Positions 19,017 to 28,812 of a stretch of DNA of 61,854 nt are shown one piece after another. A program made the position numbers and the translations under genes. The notes below the pieces were generated by a model, which did not search any database, was not told the DNA's origin, and saw only the letters and a list, made by a program, of their open reading frames with translations. Every line of letters starts with the position of its first letter. The stretch's first letter is position 1. The DNA is from an uncultured Clostridia bacterium. Its GTDB lineage: Bacteria > Bacillota > Clostridia > TANB77 > CAG-508. The DNA lies in the NCBI GenBank assembly GCA_949118805.1, contig CASAUJ010000003.1:1-61854 (forward strand), read 5' to 3'.

Positions 19017-21380
19017 ATGTTATGTTCAGAATGTAATGAAAATCCAGCCATACTTTTTTATAAAAAAATAGAAAATGGAAAAGAATCCATGGAAGGCTAT
19101 TGTTATGATTGTGCCAAGAAAAAAGGAATCAATCCGAATGAAGTACTAGCCAAACAAAATGATGTATTATCTCATGATAAAGTAAACTTATCTGATATGA
19201 CAAAACAATTTGAATCTATTTTTAAAGATTTAGCAGAAAATATCAATTTAGAAGATATCGAAAATATAGAAGGTGCTATTACTTTTGAAAATCCTGATCC
19301 AAATGGAGATGAAGATTCACCTAAAATAGCAGGTGCCGCCATTCCACTTGGTTCTATCTTTTCCAATATGTTTCATGCACAAAATACTAAAAATAAAGAA
19401 GAGCAAGAAGAAACCACAAATAGTAGAAAAAAGGTAAAAGTAGAAAAAAAGAAGAACACCAAACAAAATAAAAAGAAAAAATTTCTTGATGTATATGGTA
19501 CAAATCTAACTTATAAAGCCAAAAACAATGAAATAGATATAGTTGTTGGCAGAGACAAAGAAATTCAAAGAATTGTTCAAATTTTAAATCGTCGTTCTAA
19601 AAATAATCCCTGTCTAATTGGAGAACCAGGTGTTGGTAAAACTGCTATTGCACAAGGTTTAGCGATTAAAATTGCCAACCAAAACGTACCTGCTAAACTT
19701 TTAAATAAAGAAGTTTATTTACTTGATATGACAGCTGTTATTGCTGGTACTCAATTTAGAGGACAATTTGAATCAAGAATGAAAGGGATTATTGATGAAT
19801 GTAAAGAATATGGAAATATCATCTTAGTTATCGATGAAATTCACAATATCATTGGTGCAGGAGATGGAGAACATTCTATGAATGCAGCTAATATTTTAAA
19901 ACCAGCTTTATCAAATGGAGAAATTCAATTAATTGGTACCACCACTTTAAAAGAATACAGAAAATATATTGAAAAAGATTCTGCTTTAGAAAGAAGATTT
20001 CAACAAGTATTAGTGGAAGAACCTAATATTGATGATTCCATTGGAATTTTAGAAGGCATCAAAAAATATTATGAAGAATACCATAAAGTAAAAATCTCTT
20101 CTGATGTTATTCGCCAAGTTGTTGTCATGTCTGAAAAATACATTCACGATCGATTCTTACCAGATAAAGCCATTGATATTTTAGATGAAGCTTGCTCTAG
20201 AATTAATCTTGAAAATAAAGATCTTTACAAATTGGAAATGCTAAAACAAGAACTTTCTCAAGTTCAATCAGAAAAAGAAGAAGTAATTGCAGCTGACTCA
20301 ACAGAAGACTATCAAAAAGCGGCTGATCTAAAAACCCGTGAATGTCAGTTAATAGAAGAAATTGATAAATTGAATAGTAAATTAAAATTAAAACAAATTA
20401 CGGTTCAAGATATTGCTAATGTAATTGAAAGTTGGACAAAAATACCCGTGAAAAAAATCACTGAAGCAGAGACACAAAAACTTTTAAATCTAGAAACCAA
20501 TCTTCATAAAAGAATTATTGGACAAGAAGAAGCGGTTAGTAGTGTAGCTAGAGCTATTCGAAGAAATCGTGCTGGTTTACAAAACACAAAAAGACCACCC
20601 TCTTTTATCTTTGTTGGTCCTACTGGTGTTGGAAAAACTGAACTTGCCAAGTCTCTCGCCTTTGAAATGTTTGGAAGTGAAGATTCTATTATCCGAATTG
20701 ATATGTCTGAATATATGGAAAGTCATTCTACTTCTAAATTGATTGGAGCTCCTCCTGGTTATGTTGGCTATGATGATGCGGGACAATTAACAGATAAAGT
20801 AAAAAGAAAACCTTATTCTATTATTTTATTAGATGAAATAGAAAAAGCACATCCTGATGTATTTAATATCTTGCTTCAAGTATTAGATGATGGCAAATTA
20901 ACAGATAGTCAAGGAAACTCTGTTAGCTTTTCAAATACCATTATTATCATGACTTCTAATGCAGGTTCTAATTTAAATAATAATGCTATTGGGTTTGGAG
21001 GACAAACCATTAATAAAAATAAAATAATAGATAGTTTAAAAGATATCTTTCGTCCTGAATTCTTAAATCGAATTGATGAAATTGTAGCTTTTGATAGTTT
21101 AACAAAAGAACAACTATTACAAATTGTTGATCTAATGTTAAAAGATACGATCACTGCTTTAAGGGAAAAAGATATTCAAATTGATATTACCAAACCAGCC
21201 AAAGATTTTATTTTAGAAAAAGGAACTGATGTTAAATTTGGCGCAAGACCTCTAAGAAGAGCCATCCAAAAATATCTTGATGACGAACTTTCTGAGATGA
21301 TATTAAGAAGTACCTTAGTCGATGGAAAAATGGTAGTTGTTAATTTAAAAAATAACAAGCTAAACTTTGAAATAAAATAG
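19017..21380 (+). CDS. Clp/Hsp100 class-I AAA+ ATPase (ClpC-like) with N-terminal CxxC...CxxC zinc-ribbon-like segment
   Basis: Two AAA modules ([15 protein letters not shown]; [15 protein letters not shown]). The N-terminus reads [10 protein letters not shown]...[11 protein letters not shown], followed by a Lys-rich linker. Confidence 0.85.
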   Translation: MLCSECNENPAILFYKKIENGKESMEGYCYDCAKKKGINPNEVLAKQNDVLSHDKVNLSDMTKQFESIFKDLAENINLEDIENIEGAITFENPDPNGDEDSPKIAGAAIPLGSIFSNMFHAQNTKNKEEQEETTNSRKKVKVEKKKNTKQNKKKKFLDVYGTNLTYKAKNNEIDIVVGRDKEIQRIVQILNRRSKNNPCLIGEPGVGKTAIAQGLAIKIANQNVPAKLLNKEVYLLDMTAVIAGTQFRGQFESRMKGIIDECKEYGNIILVIDEIHNIIGAGDGEHSMNAANILKPALSNGEIQLIGTTTLKEYRKYIEKDSALERRFQQVLVEEPNIDDSIGILEGIKKYYEEYHKVKISSDVIRQVVVMSEKYIHDRFLPDKAIDILDEACSRINLENKDLYKLEMLKQELSQVQSEKEEVIAADSTEDYQKAADLKTRECQLIEEIDKLNSKLKLKQITVQDIANVIESWTKIPVKKITEAETQKLLNLETNLHKRIIGQEEAVSSVARAIRRNRAGLQNTKRPPSFIFVGPTGVGKTELAKSLAFEMFGSEDSIIRIDMSEYMESHSTSKLIGAPPGYVGYDDAGQLTDKVKRKPYSIILLDEIEKAHPDVFNILLQVLDDGKLTDSQGNSVSFSNTIIIMTSNAGSNLNNNAIGFGGQTINKNKIIDSLKDIFRPEFLNRIDEIVAFDSLTKEQLLQIVDLMLKDTITALREKDIQIDITKPAKDFILEKGTDVKFGARPLRRAIQKYLDDELSEMILRSTLVDGKMVVVNLKNNKLNFEIK

Positions 21381-21389
21381 GAGAAAATT

Positions 21390-21983
21390 ATGTTAAAACA
21401 TGTTCCAAATATCTTAACTGTTGTTCGACTTTTGTTTATACCACTCATTGTATTTTACATTTTTACTGGCAATTATATCTTTGCTTTTGTATTTTTCACA
21501 ATATCTGGAATAACAGATATTGCAGATGGTTTTATTGCCCGAAAATTTAATCTTGTTTCCAATTTTGGAAAATTGATGGATCCTTTGGCTGATAAACTAA
21601 CACAAATTGCTACTTTGGCTTCTCTTGTATTTACTGATATGATTCCAGTTTGGATTTTATTAATTGTATTTTTAAAAGAATTCATTATGATTTGTGGTGC
21701 CTCTTTCCTTTATGGAAAGGATGTCGTTGTTTATAGTAAATGGTATGGAAAACTTGCTACTGTATTATTCTATATTGCAATTGTTACTTCCCTTTTATTA
21801 AAACAATTTAATTTGACTCATATTTGGGAATTCTTAGATTTAAGTATTTTCGCTCTGGCTTTAATGGCTACTATTTTTTCTTTGGTTATGTATGTAAGAG
21901 ATTTATATAAAAAAGGCTTTATTGATAAACAAGATTTAAAAAAGGAAGTTACAATTGATCAAAAAGAAAAAAAGAAGAAATAA
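21390..21983 (+). CDS. pgsA: CDP-diacylglycerol--glycerol-3-phosphate 3-phosphatidyltransferase
   Basis: CDP-alcohol phosphatidyltransferase motif DIADGFIARKFNLVSNFGKLMDPLADK. Polytopic protein. Confidence 0.85.
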   Translation: MLKHVPNILTVVRLLFIPLIVFYIFTGNYIFAFVFFTISGITDIADGFIARKFNLVSNFGKLMDPLADKLTQIATLASLVFTDMIPVWILLIVFLKEFIMICGASFLYGKDVVVYSKWYGKLATVLFYIAIVTSLLLKQFNLTHIWEFLDLSIFALALMATIFSLVMYVRDLYKKGFIDKQDLKKEVTIDQKEKKKK

Positions 21984-21990
21984 AAGATGT

Positions 21991-22017
21991 GCCCCTCAGT
22001 TCAAAGAACTGAGGGGC
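21991..22017. terminator. bidirectional terminator hairpin
   Basis: GCCCCTCAGTTC-AAA-GAACTGAGGGGC followed by TTTT. Confidence 0.7.
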
Positions 22018-22265
22018 TTTTCTACAACCTTCTAAAATTTGTCATCTGCAAACTCCTTACCCGACGATACCGACGCCGACGTTGCTACCGCTTTCCGCGA
22101 TCAACTCATCAAAGAACAAATACTTCATTTCATAAAAGTTCTCCTTTCATGTTGTTTGATCTACTTGTACTCTAAACTTTTTGGGATTTTAGTAAAATCC
22201 TGGTGGAGCTCTTATCCTCCGCATATGACTCCTTTCGTGGTTAGTTTGGTTTTCAACCAGTTACT
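22018..22265 (-). other. candidate ~250-nt small transcript with two mini-ORFs and a GC-rich CGTCGG-repeat patch
   Basis: Own promoter (22271-22299) and terminator (21991-22017). Mini-ORF 22189-22224 encodes MRRIRAPPGFY behind an AAAGGAG RBS. Mini-ORF 22057-22128 encodes MKYLFFDELIAESGSNVGVGIVG behind an AAAGGAGA RBS. There are three CGTCGG copies (plus-strand CCGACG at 22061, 22070, 22076). Confidence 0.4.
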
Positions 22266-22270
22266 ATCTT

Positions 22271-22299
22271 AGTATAACATAATAAAGTATCGTTATCAA
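22271..22299 (-). promoter_or_regulatory. putative sigma-A promoter of the small transcript
   Basis: TTGATA-17 nt-TATACT on the minus strand. Confidence 0.5.
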
Positions 22300-22314
22300 T
22301 ACTTTATGTATATT

Positions 22315-22917
22315 TTATTCAAAATCTTCTATTAATTGATTTAGAGCTTGTTTTCCATTTACTTGAATCCCTTTTTTCATATTAATCTTATCGGTTTCTG
22401 GTAAATATTCCGTTGTAATTCCTGTAATTTCTATTTCCTTTTGTGTTCCATCTGATAAAATTTGATAAATTGCCACTTCTCCTTCTTTATCTTTTACCAT
22501 ATAGTGTTCTTCACAATTTCCCTCCCTCTCTTGAAACAAAACAATTTCATTGGGAGAAAAACTTTCTATTTTATAATTAGCATACTTTTCTTGTATTTCT
22601 TCCTGACTTAAATTCACAAAATCTTTTGCTATTATTTCATTTTCACTTTTCGTATGTCCACATTCCAAAAAATAATTTTTCTTTGTTATTGTACAATTAG
22701 GAGATGTTTTTTCTTCTTGTGTATTGGCTCTTATTGTATTTTGGTATTCCATCCCTTCATATTCTTCTGTACACTCATCTAATATCTCTTCTTCTGCTAT
22801 TTTGGTTTCTGATTTTGGTACCTCCACCTTATCTGTTGGCATGTCCAAAACAATTGCTGTTATAATGGCACTAATTACAACCAAAATAGCTATTAATGTT
22901 ATTATTATTTTATTCAT
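22315..22917 (-). CDS. BofC C-terminal-domain-like sporulation protein (membrane anchored)
   Basis: N-terminal TM. The C-terminal EGEVAIYQILSDGTQKEIEITGITTEYLPETDKINMKKGIQVNGKQALNQLIEDFE resembles the BofC_C pattern as I remember it. Confidence 0.5.
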   Translation of the reverse strand: MNKIIITLIAILVVISAIITAIVLDMPTDKVEVPKSETKIAEEEILDECTEEYEGMEYQNTIRANTQEEKTSPNCTITKKNYFLECGHTKSENEIIAKDFVNLSQEEIQEKYANYKIESFSPNEIVLFQEREGNCEEHYMVKDKEGEVAIYQILSDGTQKEIEITGITTEYLPETDKINMKKGIQVNGKQALNQLIEDFE

Positions 22918-23043
22918 AAACTTTGTTCTAACTCCTTTTCTATTTTTTAGTAGTATTTACAAAGCTTTTGAAATTTATACCAATTTTTCTTCTCTCTTTT
23001 TAACAATAAATAGATAGAACGAGAAATAACTCCCTTTTTATTT

Positions 23044-23646
23044 TTAATTTAATATTTTATTTATCCAAATCTTCCCTTTTTTATTAATTCGTAGTGTAAT
23101 TTCTCTGTCCTCATCTGTTCGAAATAATTTATTTCCACTTTTCTTTAATTTTTCCAAAACATTAGAATTAGGATGTCCAAAAGTATTTTTTTCCCCCACT
23201 CCAATTAGTGCTATTTTGGGATTTACTGCATTTAAAAATTTTTCTGTCGATGAAGATTTTGAACCATGATGGACTACTTTTAATATCGTAAATTGTAATA
23301 TATTTGTACCTTTATATTTTTCTAAAATTTCCTTTTCAGCAACTTCCTTAATATCTCCTGTAAATAACATAGAAAAATTTTTATCGTTCAATTTGCATAC
23401 TAAAGATTTGTTATTCATACTATTTTCGTTAATTACTTCCTTTGAATTTGGCCATAATATATCAAAATATAAATTTTTTTCTATTTGGATTCTTTGTCCA
23501 ACTTCCACTACTTGTACTTTCACATTCTTCCCTTTTACTATTTTTAGAAACTCTTGATAATTTGTTGAATCTTCAAATTGCTTTCCTATAATAACACTTT
23601 TTACTTTTATTTCTTGTAATAAATATAGATAGAACTGTACATGATC
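23044..23646 (-). pseudogene. 5'-truncated paralogous copy of the comEC 3' end (metallo-beta-lactamase domain)
   Basis: The open frame begins right after a TGA. DHVQFYLYLLQEIKVKSVIIGKQFEDSTNYQEFLKIV...HHGSKSS...FGHPN...LFRTDEDREI is colinear with ComEC residues from HFDQDHIGG onward. A 39-nt stretch (23554-23592) is identical to 26863-26901. Confidence 0.75.
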
Positions 23647-23714
23647 TCATTCAATGACTTATACCAAATTCAAAATTATGGGCATATAACTATACCCATA
23701 ATTTTAGATAGTAC

Positions 23715-24479
23715 TTAGAATATTAATCCTTTAATTGCTATAGCAATTTCCTTCTTAGTCTGGCATTCACATACCACATTATCTTTACTAACTATCATTG
23801 CCCAATGTTTTCCACCTCCAATTTTGGATAAATCATTGGCAACAATATAATCTGCCTGATTCTTTTCGCGCAATCTTATAGCTACTTTTAACAGTTCCTC
23901 TCTGCTTACACCATCAAGTAACTTAAATCCAATCAATTTCACACTGGAATCTAGTTTCTTAATCATGCCAATTACTTTTGGTGTAAGACTATACATTGTC
24001 ATCAGATGTGGCTCATAGGAAGATATCTTTCCACTGTTGTCTGCAATAACACGTGGATTTTCAAAGATTTCCATAAGCCTTTGTTTTGTTATTGCTTCTA
24101 CAGGAATGCTTTGAAGTGTATCCCAAATCTCATTAACAAGTTCTTCTGCTCTTATAGAATACTTGCCTGCATAATCGCCTACTGCTGCAGAATGAATAAC
24201 GACATCAATTTTATTTTCACTAAAGATTTTCTGCAAAGCATCTATTAAGTCCTGCGTTGTCTCAATTGTGATATATTCTATCTTTGGACTATTCACACGA
24301 GGTTTATGCGACATTTTTGTAGAAACAAAAAAGATTTTTTCAATTTCTTCTGCTTTGTCTTCCAAAAATGTTTCTGCAAACACACAACCAAGTGCACCAG
24401 TTGACATATTAGTAATTTTCATTACTGAGTCAATTCTTTCATTTGTAGGTCCTGAAGTGATAATAATTTTTTTCTTCAT
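23715..24479 (-). CDS. stand-alone phosphopantothenate--cysteine ligase (CoaB/DFP C-domain)-like protein
   Basis: IIITSGPTNERIDSVMKITNMSTGALG...VIHSAAVGDY resembles streptococcal-type CoaB. Confidence 0.55.
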   Translation of the reverse strand: MKKKIIITSGPTNERIDSVMKITNMSTGALGCVFAETFLEDKAEEIEKIFFVSTKMSHKPRVNSPKIEYITIETTQDLIDALQKIFSENKIDVVIHSAAVGDYAGKYSIRAEELVNEIWDTLQSIPVEAITKQRLMEIFENPRVIADNSGKISSYEPHLMTMYSLTPKVIGMIKKLDSSVKLIGFKLLDGVSREELLKVAIRLREKNQADYIVANDLSKIGGGKHWAMIVSKDNVVCECQTKKEIAIAIKGLIF

Positions 24480-24495
24480 GTTATATTCCTCCTTT

Positions 24496-25356
24496 TCATA
24501 AACTACTTACCACTATATTTCTTGGATTATTAATATATCTATCGCTTCTTCCAAACCGACTTAAGATTTCTGAAGCGATAAACTCCCCATAAACATACTG
24601 TGCCCTTTCTTGTGATAAAGATAAAATATGCATCAGATTTTTTTTTGTGTTTATTCTATCTTTTTTCAGCCACTCTTTTTCGTGAATAGAAATAGGACCA
24701 TAAATGTAACTTTGCCCATCACCATAGTCTTCCCCCTTATAGGTACTTACACAATTAAGTATAAATGTATAAATGGAATCATTATGATTATGTGTTACCT
24801 TTGTTTCTTCTTCAAAAACATGAGTATTGGAATTAGAACAAATAGTGAAAATCCCAAAAAGATTTTCATTATATTGGGAACTTCTTGCCACATAATAAGC
24901 AAGATGATAATATTCCATACAATTAAAGATATAAATCTTTTTTCCCTTTATGATAAACTCATGCTTGTGAAGCTCTGCTTTTAAAAATTCCTCTGGCTCC
25001 CTATAAGAAATTTTTCTCGCCATTGGCTCAGCACCAGAAGCATATCCTTTTGGAATTTCATATTTTTCTCCATTTTGAAAAACTACTGTCCTATTGACTC
25101 CATCTTTGTAATAACTTCCAGCAATAATAATTTTGTTAGGCTTTGAAAACTCTTTATAGTTTTCCTCAAATCTGCTGATATATGCCATTTCAGGAAACAA
25201 GGTAATATCAGGTTTCTTGTTTTGTATCATTTGAAATGCTTTCTTAAATTGCTCCCCCATACTATCTGTCTCAATTAAATATTCATCACAACTATTGCAA
25301 TCTAATGTCATATTTAATTGAAACATCAATACTGATAAATAATCATTTACCCGCAT
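24496..25356 (-). CDS. carbon-nitrogen hydrolase (nitrilase superfamily)-like protein
   Basis: DITLFPEMAY (Glu) and IYIFNCMEYYH (Cys) resemble nitrilase-fold catalytic motifs. Start is ATG-CGG behind a GAAAGGAG RBS. A second in-frame CGG lies at 24556-24558. Confidence 0.4.
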   Translation of the reverse strand: MRVNDYLSVLMFQLNMTLDCNSCDEYLIETDSMGEQFKKAFQMIQNKKPDITLFPEMAYISRFEENYKEFSKPNKIIIAGSYYKDGVNRTVVFQNGEKYEIPKGYASGAEPMARKISYREPEEFLKAELHKHEFIIKGKKIYIFNCMEYYHLAYYVARSSQYNENLFGIFTICSNSNTHVFEEETKVTHNHNDSIYTFILNCVSTYKGEDYGDGQSYIYGPISIHEKEWLKKDRINTKKNLMHILSLSQERAQYVYGEFIASEILSRFGRSDRYINNPRNIVVSSL

Positions 25357-25458
25357 AATTTTTACTCCTTTCAATTTGATACTTGAATTATACATCAAAA
25401 AATGATATAATTCAAATGCATATTATTAATATTTATTATAAACGGAGGTTATATCAAT

Positions 25459-26355
25459 ATGAATATTAATTTTGAATACTATAAAACATTTTATTATGTA
25501 ACAATCTATCGGAAGTATCAGTAAAGCAGCTAACTTTCTACATATTTCGCAACCAGCAATAACAAAATCTATTCAAAAATTAGAACAAGAATTAGATATG
25601 ATGCTTCTTTATCGAACACCTAAAGGTGTTTGCTTAACAGAAAACGGAAAAATATTTTTTGAATTTATCAAAAGTGGTGTTGAAAGTTTTATGAATGGCG
25701 AACACAAACTTACTGCACTTAATAATCTAGAAACAGGAAACCTTAGAATTGGTTCAAGCACTACTGTTACTAAATATTATTTACTTCCTTATATAGAAAA
25801 ATTTCATAAGGTTTACCCAAAAATCAATATTTCTATTACAAACCATTTAACCAATACGATGCTATCTTTATTAAAAAAGGGAAGTCTTGATTTTTTAATT
25901 GTTAATCTTCCCATGAAATTTGATAATAGTTTAAATATAATTCCTTGTACCAAACTTCATGATTGCTTTGCTCGGAAATTTAGAATTCAAAAAACAAATT
26001 GCGAAACCAATCTCTTTAAAAGATTTAATAGCAAATTATCCAATTGTTACACAAAAAGAACCTTCTAACACTAGAACATTTTTAAATTCATTGATGAAAG
26101 AACATCATATAGATTTTCACCCTCAATTTGATATTGTAAGTTATAGCTTAGTAAAGGATTTTGGTAAAATTGGAATGGGAATTTCCTATATCACAAAAGA
26201 ATTTACAAAATCAGAATTACAAAGTAATGATTTATACCAAATACCAATTATTGAAAAAATACCAACTAGACATTTGCGGAATAGTAACAACTAAGTCTAC
26301 CATCAATACTCTTGCCGCTCAAAAGTTAATTGATATGATTCTTCATAAGGATTAA
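25459..26355 (+). CDS. LysR-family transcriptional regulator; needs three +1 shifts at CGG (25510, 25973, 26277)
   Basis: MNINFEYYKTFYYVTIY|GSISKAANFLHISQPAITKSIQKLEQELDMMLLYRTPKG...KLHDCFA|GNLEFKKQIAKPISLKDL...IPTRHL|GIVTTKSTINTLAAQKLIDMILHKD. The wHTH and substrate-binding domain are continuous only across four frame segments. Confidence 0.85.
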
Positions 26356-28780
26356 TTTATATGCTTTTGGACTTTGATTTTTCCATTATGATTTACACTA
26401 ATACTTATTTCTCCATTTACATCAGTCCTATAAATCTTACAACCGCAAGTTTTCTAGTCTTTCTAAAACACTTGCGTTTGGGTGTCCAAAAGTATTCTTC
26501 TCTCCCACTCCAATTAGTGCCATTTTAGGTTTTACCTTATTGATAAACTCTTCTATTGACGACGACTTCGAGCCATGATGTGCTACCTTTAATATTGTAG
26601 ATTCTAATACATTTGTGTCTTTATACTTCTCTAGCATGGTTTGTTCTGCAATACTTTCAATATCTCCTGTAAATAGAATAGATAGGCTCTGATACACCAT
26701 TTTGCAAACCAAAGAATTATTATTCATACTATTTTCACTAATTCCACTCTTTGAACTTGGCCATAAAACATCAAAATAGAAATCTTTTTCGATATTTATT
26801 CTCTGACCTGCCTCCACCACATGGACTATTATCTTCTTCTTTTTAACAATTTCTAAAAACTTTTGATAATTTGTTGAATCTTCAAATTGCTTTCCTATAA
26901 TTACATTCTTTACTTTAATTTTTTCCATAATATACAGCAATCCGACCAATGTGGTCTTGATCGAAATGGCTTATTACAATGGCATCAATTGTTCGATATC
27001 CTCTATCCAATAAATAAGGGAGCAAGACTTTTTTCCCCACATCAAATTCTTGATTTTTACTTCCGCCTCCGTCTACTAAAATCGTTCGATTTTGAGGCGT
27101 TACTATAAAAGTACCGTCTCCTTGTCCAACATCTACAAAATGAATTCTTAATTCTTTTGGCATTCCTATAACCATCCAAAATAGAAAAATTAAGAATATT
27201 ACGCTATATTTTCTTTTTCTTTGATGCAGTCGATAACGAAATAATGCAATTAAATTTTTTACTCTTTGATAACTTACTATCCTTTTTTCTTCTTGATAAA
27301 TAAGATATAATTTCCTTATTAAGCCTACTCCTACCAAATAAATTATAATGTGAAATAAATTTGGTGTTGATAAATAAATTTTAGAAAAAGGAATTTGGCT
27401 AAAAAAATTCGCAATGAAATTTAAAAAATCTAACCCAATGGATAATGGAATTTTACAAAAAGGAATAAACAAACTAAAAAAAGTCAATAAAATAATAGGT
27501 CCTATTATAAAACTTGCCCATAAATTTGTAATTAAAAAATAAATTCCGCCTATATTAAAATGATAAATTAAAATTGGAAATATTACGATTTGCACTGATA
27601 AACTAACTGCTATTACTTCTTTTATCTTGCCTAAAAAAAAATTTTTCTTTTTTATTACTTTTAAATTCAATTGTTTCAAAATAATAGGATAAAACAATAA
27701 GATTCCAATCGTTCCTAAATAAGAAAGTTGTAATCCTACCTGTAAAATTAGAAATGGATTATAGATTAAAATACTTAATAAAGAAATTGCCATAGAATTC
27801 CATACATCACTTTTTCGATAAATTAAACTACTACCAATAGTAATTTCTGTCATGATAACAGCTCTTACAATTGAGGGCGAAAAACCTGTCACCAAGGCAT
27901 ACAAAATAAGAATTATCATGGTTATTATCTTTGATTTTCTTTTTCCTACCAACTTTTTTAATAACAATTGAACTCCTATTGTAAGATAACCAATATGTAA
28001 TCCAGAAATTGCTAAAAGATGTGAAATACCTGCGATTTGAAACTTTTCTTTTACTTCTTCTGATAGTTCTGTTGTTTCTCCTAACAGCAATCCTTTTAAA
28101 ATTCCAGCCTTCTCTGGTTGCCATGTTTCCTCTATTTTCTCTTTGATTTTTAAGTTGATTTTATGGGCTATTGATGTCACTACATTTTGTTGTTTCTTAG
28201 CTATTACTTCAAATTGATCTACTTTTAGTTTTCCTATTATTTTTAATGTCTTAAAATATTTTCTTTCATCATATCCACCATAATTAGTAGCTTCTCTTGT
28301 TTTTTTTAATTCCCCCTGTAACTTAACTTTATCTCCATATTGAAGTTCCATTTCTCCTTTTTTAACTTGAATCCATAGATTAAAATGTTTTTCTAATACT
28401 TTTACTTGATAACAATCATAATATTGTTTTTCTAATTTTTGACTTATCACAATTCCTATCATTGAAATTTTCTGTCCCTCTAGATATAAATTTTCTTCCT
28501 TTCTATTTTGAAATAAAATAATTGTATGGGAAAGAATTGAAAATGAAACTAGAATAAAAATAGTTTGGATGTTAAACATTAATTTTAAATATCTACTATA
28601 TCTTTTAAAAGATAATAGCTTAAATTTTTGTTTTCTTTTTGTTTTTAAAACTTTGTTATAAAAATAGTAAGTTGCTCCTATCAAGATATAAAAGAGGACT
28701 ATACTAAATGAAAAGTATAGCCCCCATAATATACCTATTATATAACCTATTAGTGCAACTAAAACTGGTCTTTCTTTCAT
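26352..28780 (-). CDS. comEC: DNA internalization competence protein ComEC/Rec2; needs two +1 shifts at CGG (26942-26944, 26443-26445)
   Basis: Polytopic competence domain, then VDVGQGDGTFI...ISHFDQDHIG|GLLYIMEK...VAHHGSKSS...FGHPNASVLERLENL|GCKIYRTDVNGEISISVNHNGKIKVQKHIN. The stop at 26352-26354 overlaps the lysR stop. Confidence 0.9.
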
Positions 28781-28812
28781 AGTCCTCCTTATTTAATTGC
28801 TTGTTTTAATCC

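Noticed and set aside
22189-22224. MRRIRAPPGFY mini-ORF as a RAPP-type ribosome arrest peptide
   Set aside because: The RAPP tetrapeptide is present. However, the peptide is only 11 aa, there is no downstream gene to regulate on this strand, and a four-residue match is weak. It is kept only as a remark inside the small-transcript finding.
23044-23523. 159-aa ORF as an independent MBL-fold hydrolase gene
   Set aside because: The homologous frame is open further upstream to an in-frame TGA with no start or RBS at the homology boundary. It is colinear with the comEC 3' end, so a truncated duplicate is the simpler reading. Expression from the internal ATG cannot be excluded.
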